DNA of 64,000 nt. Origin: Cyanophora paradoxa CCMP329. Taxonomy: Eukaryota > Plantae > Glaucophyta. Made by a program: the position numbers and the translations under genes. This document shows, piece by piece, positions 59,619-64,000 of the stretch; the first letter of the stretch is position 1, and each line of letters opens with the position of its first letter. The DNA lies in NCBI GenBank assembly GCA_004431415.1, contig QPMI01000057.1:62001-126000 (forward strand). The letters run 5' to 3'. Below the pieces are notes generated by a model. That model had not been told where the DNA came from, searched no databases, and was given only the letters and a program-made list of their open reading frames with translations.

Positions 59619-61976
59619 ATGTCGCGGCGCGCGGCGCTCCCGCCGTCCGTGCTGGCGCCACCGGTTATCTCGCCGATTGCTCCTCCTCCAAATCCGCCAA
59701 AAGTTCGCCTCAGGTTTAGCTCTGCTAATCAAGCTTCCCACTGTTGACCCTGCGTGCCCAGGAGCGGAAGCCTTATACGATCACCAAGCAGCGCGAGAAC
59801 TGGACGGAAGAGGAGCATCAAAAGTTTCTCGAAGCGCTCAAGCTGTGCGCCCCGCTCGCTGCCGCCCTCCGGATCTTTGTTTCGATGATGACATGGCCGA
59901 CCAGATACGAGCGCGACTGGAAGAAGATAGAGAACTACATAGGGACCAAGAGCGTCGTTCAAGTGCGCTCGTCGTTTTCCTCGCCGCTAGGCGTGCTGCG
60001 CGGGTCACTGACCTCCGCGCTGTAGATCCGCAGCCATGCCCAGAAGTTCTTCCTCAAGGTGCAGAAAAACGGCACCGGCGAACATGTGCCTCCCCCGCGG
60101 CCGAAACGGAAGTCCGCGCAACCCTACCCACAGAAGACTGGTCGGAAAGCGCTCAGCGCCTCAATCAGCCTTATGAGCTCACGTGTGCGGCAGGCCAGCC
60201 TCAGCTCACAGATCAACAGCGACTCGCTCAGGAGCAGGCTGAGCAGGAACAGCTGGTACAGGCGCAAAAGCTTCTGAATGACGTGCGCCAACAGCGGCTT
60301 GCGACCCTCACCACTTCGCTGACTTGCCCCGCCCAGTACATGACCGCCGCATCTGCCCAAACGGCGCAAGCGACTGGCGAGCCTGTCCGAGGTGCGATTC
60401 GGCGCCCACACTGCGGTAAAGCATAGCCGTCCGATGCGCGCCCCGTACACAGGACCGGACTTCCACCGCATCTACGCATTTTTGGGGTCGCTTTTCGATC
60501 CAAGCCAGAGTATGCAGGTACGGCCAGTGACGCGCATCGAGATTCTTGAGCGCTAAGCTGCCGCGGGTAGGACGTCGTGGGAGCTTTGCAAGGGATGTCG
60601 ATGGTCGATCGCGAGACAGCGCATGTGCTGATGCACAATCTCTCTGTAAATCTCTCTAACGACCAGGCGGGCTACATTCCCGGCGCCGCTTGTGTTTGGC
60701 TGCCCAGCTGACGAGCCGTAGATCCGGCACAACGTGGTAGCGCACCTCTCCTTCCATCAACAGACCATCGCAATGAACCAGCAGATTCTTGCTGTATGTC
60801 CTGCCCGACTCTCGCCGCTCCGTTCACCCACCCTTTGCCGCAGGGCCAGCCCGTCACCATCAACCCCAGCGTTGTTCCTCAGAGCACTCATTCTGCCATG
60901 TCTTCCGCCGCAGCCCCTTCCTCATCCTCCTCAGCCCCGCCTCCCCCCGCCCCTCCGTCTGTAATGGGCCCGCCCCCGCCTCCCGGCGCGGCACCTTCCG
61001 CTGTTTCCGGCGCTACCCCGACGGTCGTCCAATTAAGCCCCGCTGCCGCATCCGCCACGGCACGCCCAGGAGCTGTCACGACTAGTGCGCCGCAAGCCTG
61101 CCGCGCCCGTCTGCATGTTCCCTGAACGCCCCTCGCGCAGTACCAGCCCAAATACGATCGGTGCAGGTGCCGCCAGCGCCGGTCGGTGTGTTGCCGCCCC
61201 CCTCCCCCGCTCCCCCGGGAAAAAATGCCGCCGAGCCGCTTACGGGCACCGCAGCTGGACGCTCTGTCGGCCCGCCCGCAGCGATGACAGTCGTTGCCGC
61301 GGGCCGCGGTGGACCTCCTGCCGTGGCCGCTCGGACCGGTCCGGCGGGGGCCCCTCTCGCATCAGGGGCTCCGTTGCAAGTTCCTACCGCCGCGCATGCA
61401 GGGGCACACGTGCCAAGCGTCCATCCGTCGGGCCCTCAGCCTCCAGGCGCCCATCCCCTGCAGCCGGCTGCCCCGCCCGGGGCGCAGCCGGCCCCCCCGG
61501 GTGCCCACATCGCTGCGGGCCCGTCGAGGCCCGTCGCCACCAGTGGAGCCGTTCTCGTGCGGCCCCCTGGGCATTCCCCTCCCGTCCCTGGCGCGGCTAT
61601 CGCCCCACTCGCCGCCCCGCCCGCCTCTCAAACGCCTGCTCCGGGTGGCGTTGGTCAGGCGCGCCCGGGCGCTTCTCTCGGGCCTCCGGTTCCAACGGCG
61701 CCAGCCATGCTCTCCTCCCCAGGGGCCTCCACCGTGCCCGTGGCCCCCACTGGTCCTCCTCCGCCTGCCCCTCCTTCTGTTCAGCCTGTGCCTTCCGCGG
61801 CGCTGGCGTCAACACTAATGCTGGCGGCGGTCAAGCCGGAGGCGGCAGTTGCGGTCAAGGTAGAACCCGGAGCGGGCTCGCAGGCGGAAGTACCCGTCGT
61901 AGGTGCCATTCCCCAAGCTGGCGCTGTCGTGATTGCTGGAGCCGTCGCCATCAAGCCCGAGCCGCCTGCCGCATAG
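59619..61976 (+). CDS. REVEILLE8/LCL-type single-Myb (SHAQKF) transcription factor with a Pro/Ala-rich tail
   Basis: [27 protein letters not shown]|[19 protein letters not shown]|[29 protein letters not shown], and LCL-like [16 protein letters not shown]...[20 protein letters not shown]. Confidence 0.9.
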
Positions 61977-62166
61977 CTGTTGTTTGGCCCCGTTGCATCT
62001 TTGTTTCAGAGAGGCTTTCTCATCGCAGATCCTTCATTTCAATGCGCTTACTTGAAAGAATTTCCAATTCGTGTCCAAATAGTCAATGTACAGTGATCAT
62101 GAACGTACAATCTCGAGACCACACATGCATGCAGCGACAACCCAAGCACTGGAGGCAGCTGCGCGT

Positions 62167-62320
62167 GCATTTTGACGTGACAGTTGCGGTATCTGGCTAG
62201 CTGTTCTTGCATGGCTAACTAGCTATATGTGGGGTCCGATGGTCCACCGTCACCGTGGCACGGCGTGGCACGGTACGGTCATGAATTGCGAGGCCGGGAA
62301 CGCCCCAGCACAGTTCAACT
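62167..62320 (-). mobile_element. Family A/B element right end, downstream of the RVE-like gene
   Basis: GCATTTTGACGTGACAGTTGCGGTATCTGGCTAGCTGTTCT is the reverse complement of the 35186 end. Confidence 0.7.
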
Positions 62321-63184
62321 TGCAACACTTCAGTTACGTATACGTATACGTATATATATACGTAGTACGTATACGTACTACGTATAGCAGTGTGTACTAT
62401 AGCTACGGCGTACGCGTAGCTATATATATATATATATATATATACGTATACGTGTGATCATCGGATCAGAAGAGCCTAGTTTACATATATACGTATACGG
62501 TGCTGCTAGGCGTGGCCATGCGTGCTGTGCAGCTTTGGCAGGCTGGCGGCGAGAGCGAGCAGAGCTGGTATTCTAGGAGCAAGCACAAGTACAGGGTACA
62601 AGTGTGTCACCCGGGGTGTGAGCCTGGGAGGGGTACATGAAAAGTAGTGGGGGTCCAATCGGCGCACTCAATGATCATCATGATGCATCATAATTTTTTC
62701 GCGTCCAAAACTGGCTCTAACTCTGACGTCAGCGCTAATTTCCCCATTGATAACTCACATCTGGTGCAAAACCGCCGGGCCGCCCGTGAAGCGCTGTGGA
62801 TCGCGACGGTTTGAAGTTTGATGTTCAAGGTTTCAACTTGGCAACTCTTTCAAAGTTTAGCTTAGAAGTTTAAATATTTCGATTTCGTCTCCCGTTCATC
62901 CGGTCGGGACGCTGTGACGGAAGAAGAAGAAGAAAAGAGTGCACTAGAGCTCCGAGGCTCGAGCTCCCAAGCGCCTGGAAAGCCTAAGGTAAAAGAGCTA
63001 TGCGCCGAAAACTTTAAGAAGTTCCCAAGTTCCGACGGTTCCGCCGATCCCGCCCCGTAGAGCTGGCGCCAGTACTGACCAGGCGTGGCCCAGTGTTCGT
63101 GGGCGCGTTGTGAGTACTACGGTATCCACCGGTCGGAGCGACGTCGACTTCGAATGGCCGGGCCCGGGGTCCGGAGGGAATGAT

Positions 63185-64000
63185 TTACAGTAAAAAAGAG
63201 GGGGCATCACAGATGGGCGCCAGGGGGGTAGCAGGGTCAGGAGGGGAAGAGGGGCGGGGCAGAGAGATCGTCAAGAGCCTGCCGGAGGTAGATGGAGACT
63301 TCCATGAAAGAGGGTCTGACAGGCAGACGGCAGTGAGGTCGCGCGGAGCGCACGGATGCTCTTTACGGACCGGTTTGCGGGGTTGGGCTCTAGGCAAGAC
63401 GCCGCCAGATGCTGCAGCCAGGAGGGGGCATCTGAACGACCCCGTCAAACGGGGAGCGAGGGGAAAGAAGGAAAGGGCACGAGGGCGGACGGGGCGGGAT
63501 GGGGAGGCGCTGGCCGGCAGCGTGGGCGGCGCGAATGTGGGCGGGGTCGAGGCCACGCCAGGGGAGAGCACGGGCGGCCATCTCCCACAGAATGACCCCG
63601 TAGCTGTAGACGTCGGCCTGCCGGGCTGGCTCTGCGAGGCCGCGCAGAACCTCGGGGGCTGCCCACGCAGCGCTCGCCACCGGGTCTGCAACGCAGAAGT
63701 CCGCGACCTTGGCGCGCCGCCGCGCATCGAGCTGCGAGGGGCGCGGGGGCTCACTAGAGCAGCAGCACACGGGGCGGAGAAGAGAACGCACGAGGACGTT
63801 GGTGGACTTGAGGGCGGCGTGGCAGGCGCCGCGGTGGTGGAGGAAGTGCATGCCGTTGGCGACGTCTGCAGCGATGCGGAGCTGCTCTTCCTCACTGAGG
63901 GGCGCCCCCTGGCGGTGCAGCGCGTCGAAGAGGGATCCGCCTGGCAGGAGCTCCGTGATGAGCGCCACGTGGGGCGGCGCCGCCAGGGCCCCCAGCACCA
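63185..64000 (-). CDS. C-terminal part of a TKL/MAP3K-like kinase domain (5' end outside the window), probably catalytically inactive
   Basis: ALITELLPGGSLFDALH, IAADVANGMHFLH, HAALKSTNVL, AKVADFC, WAAPEVL, ADVYSYGVILWEM; stop position approximate. Confidence 0.8.
   Translation of the reverse strand, partial: WCWGPWRRRPTWRSSRSSCQADPSSTRCTARGRPSVRKSSSASLQTSPTACTSSTTAAPATPPSSPPTSSCVLFSAPCAAALVSPRAPRSSMRGGAPRSRTSALQTRWRALRGQPPRFCAASQSQPGRPTSTATGSFCGRWPPVLSPGVASTPPTFAPPTLPASASPSRPVRPRALSFFPLAPRLTGSFRCPLLAAASGGVLPRAQPRKPVRKEHPCAPRDLTAVCLSDPLSWKSPSTSGRLLTISLPRPSSPPDPATPLAPICDAPSFLL

Overview
Intron-dense, GC-rich eukaryotic nuclear DNA. The organism is a flagellated plastid-bearing protist: it has CFAP45 and a DXS with an 'MAAAAF' transit peptide. 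A glaucophyte is my inference and is not proven. I reconstructed about 18 protein genes by hand across mostly 45-70 nt introns: SNF2/BRM-type ATPase, NSE4, CFAP45, PP2A-A, two cyclophilins, a Reb1/TTF1-like Myb, AP-1 gamma, TMCO1, ADA2, HSBP1, an ankyrin-TRP channel, DXS, a CCCH zinc finger, a mitochondrial qRRM protein, SLU7, GPN3, an RVE8/LCL Myb and a partial kinase. Most genes sit in head-to-head pairs with 50-390 bp between start codons, and these spacers share a GTACCC/GGGTAC motif. Repeat-filled spacers separate the pairs. The most striking pattern is a dispersed non-coding element family with ends (G/A)CATTTGGACACGTAC ... GTCACGTCAAAAT(G/A)C. Its termini dock at gene ends: 17, 17, 18 and 19 nt after four stop codons, flush with a fifth, and overlapping and supplying the stop codon of a sixth. 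Other highlights are a 3-kb palindrome of two intact cyclophilin genes, a BAH domain apparently fused to the SNF2 ATPase, a TRP channel with a 306-bp tandem-repeat coiled-coil tail, microexons down to 7 nt and frequent GC-AG introns. All exon models are manual and have no transcript support.
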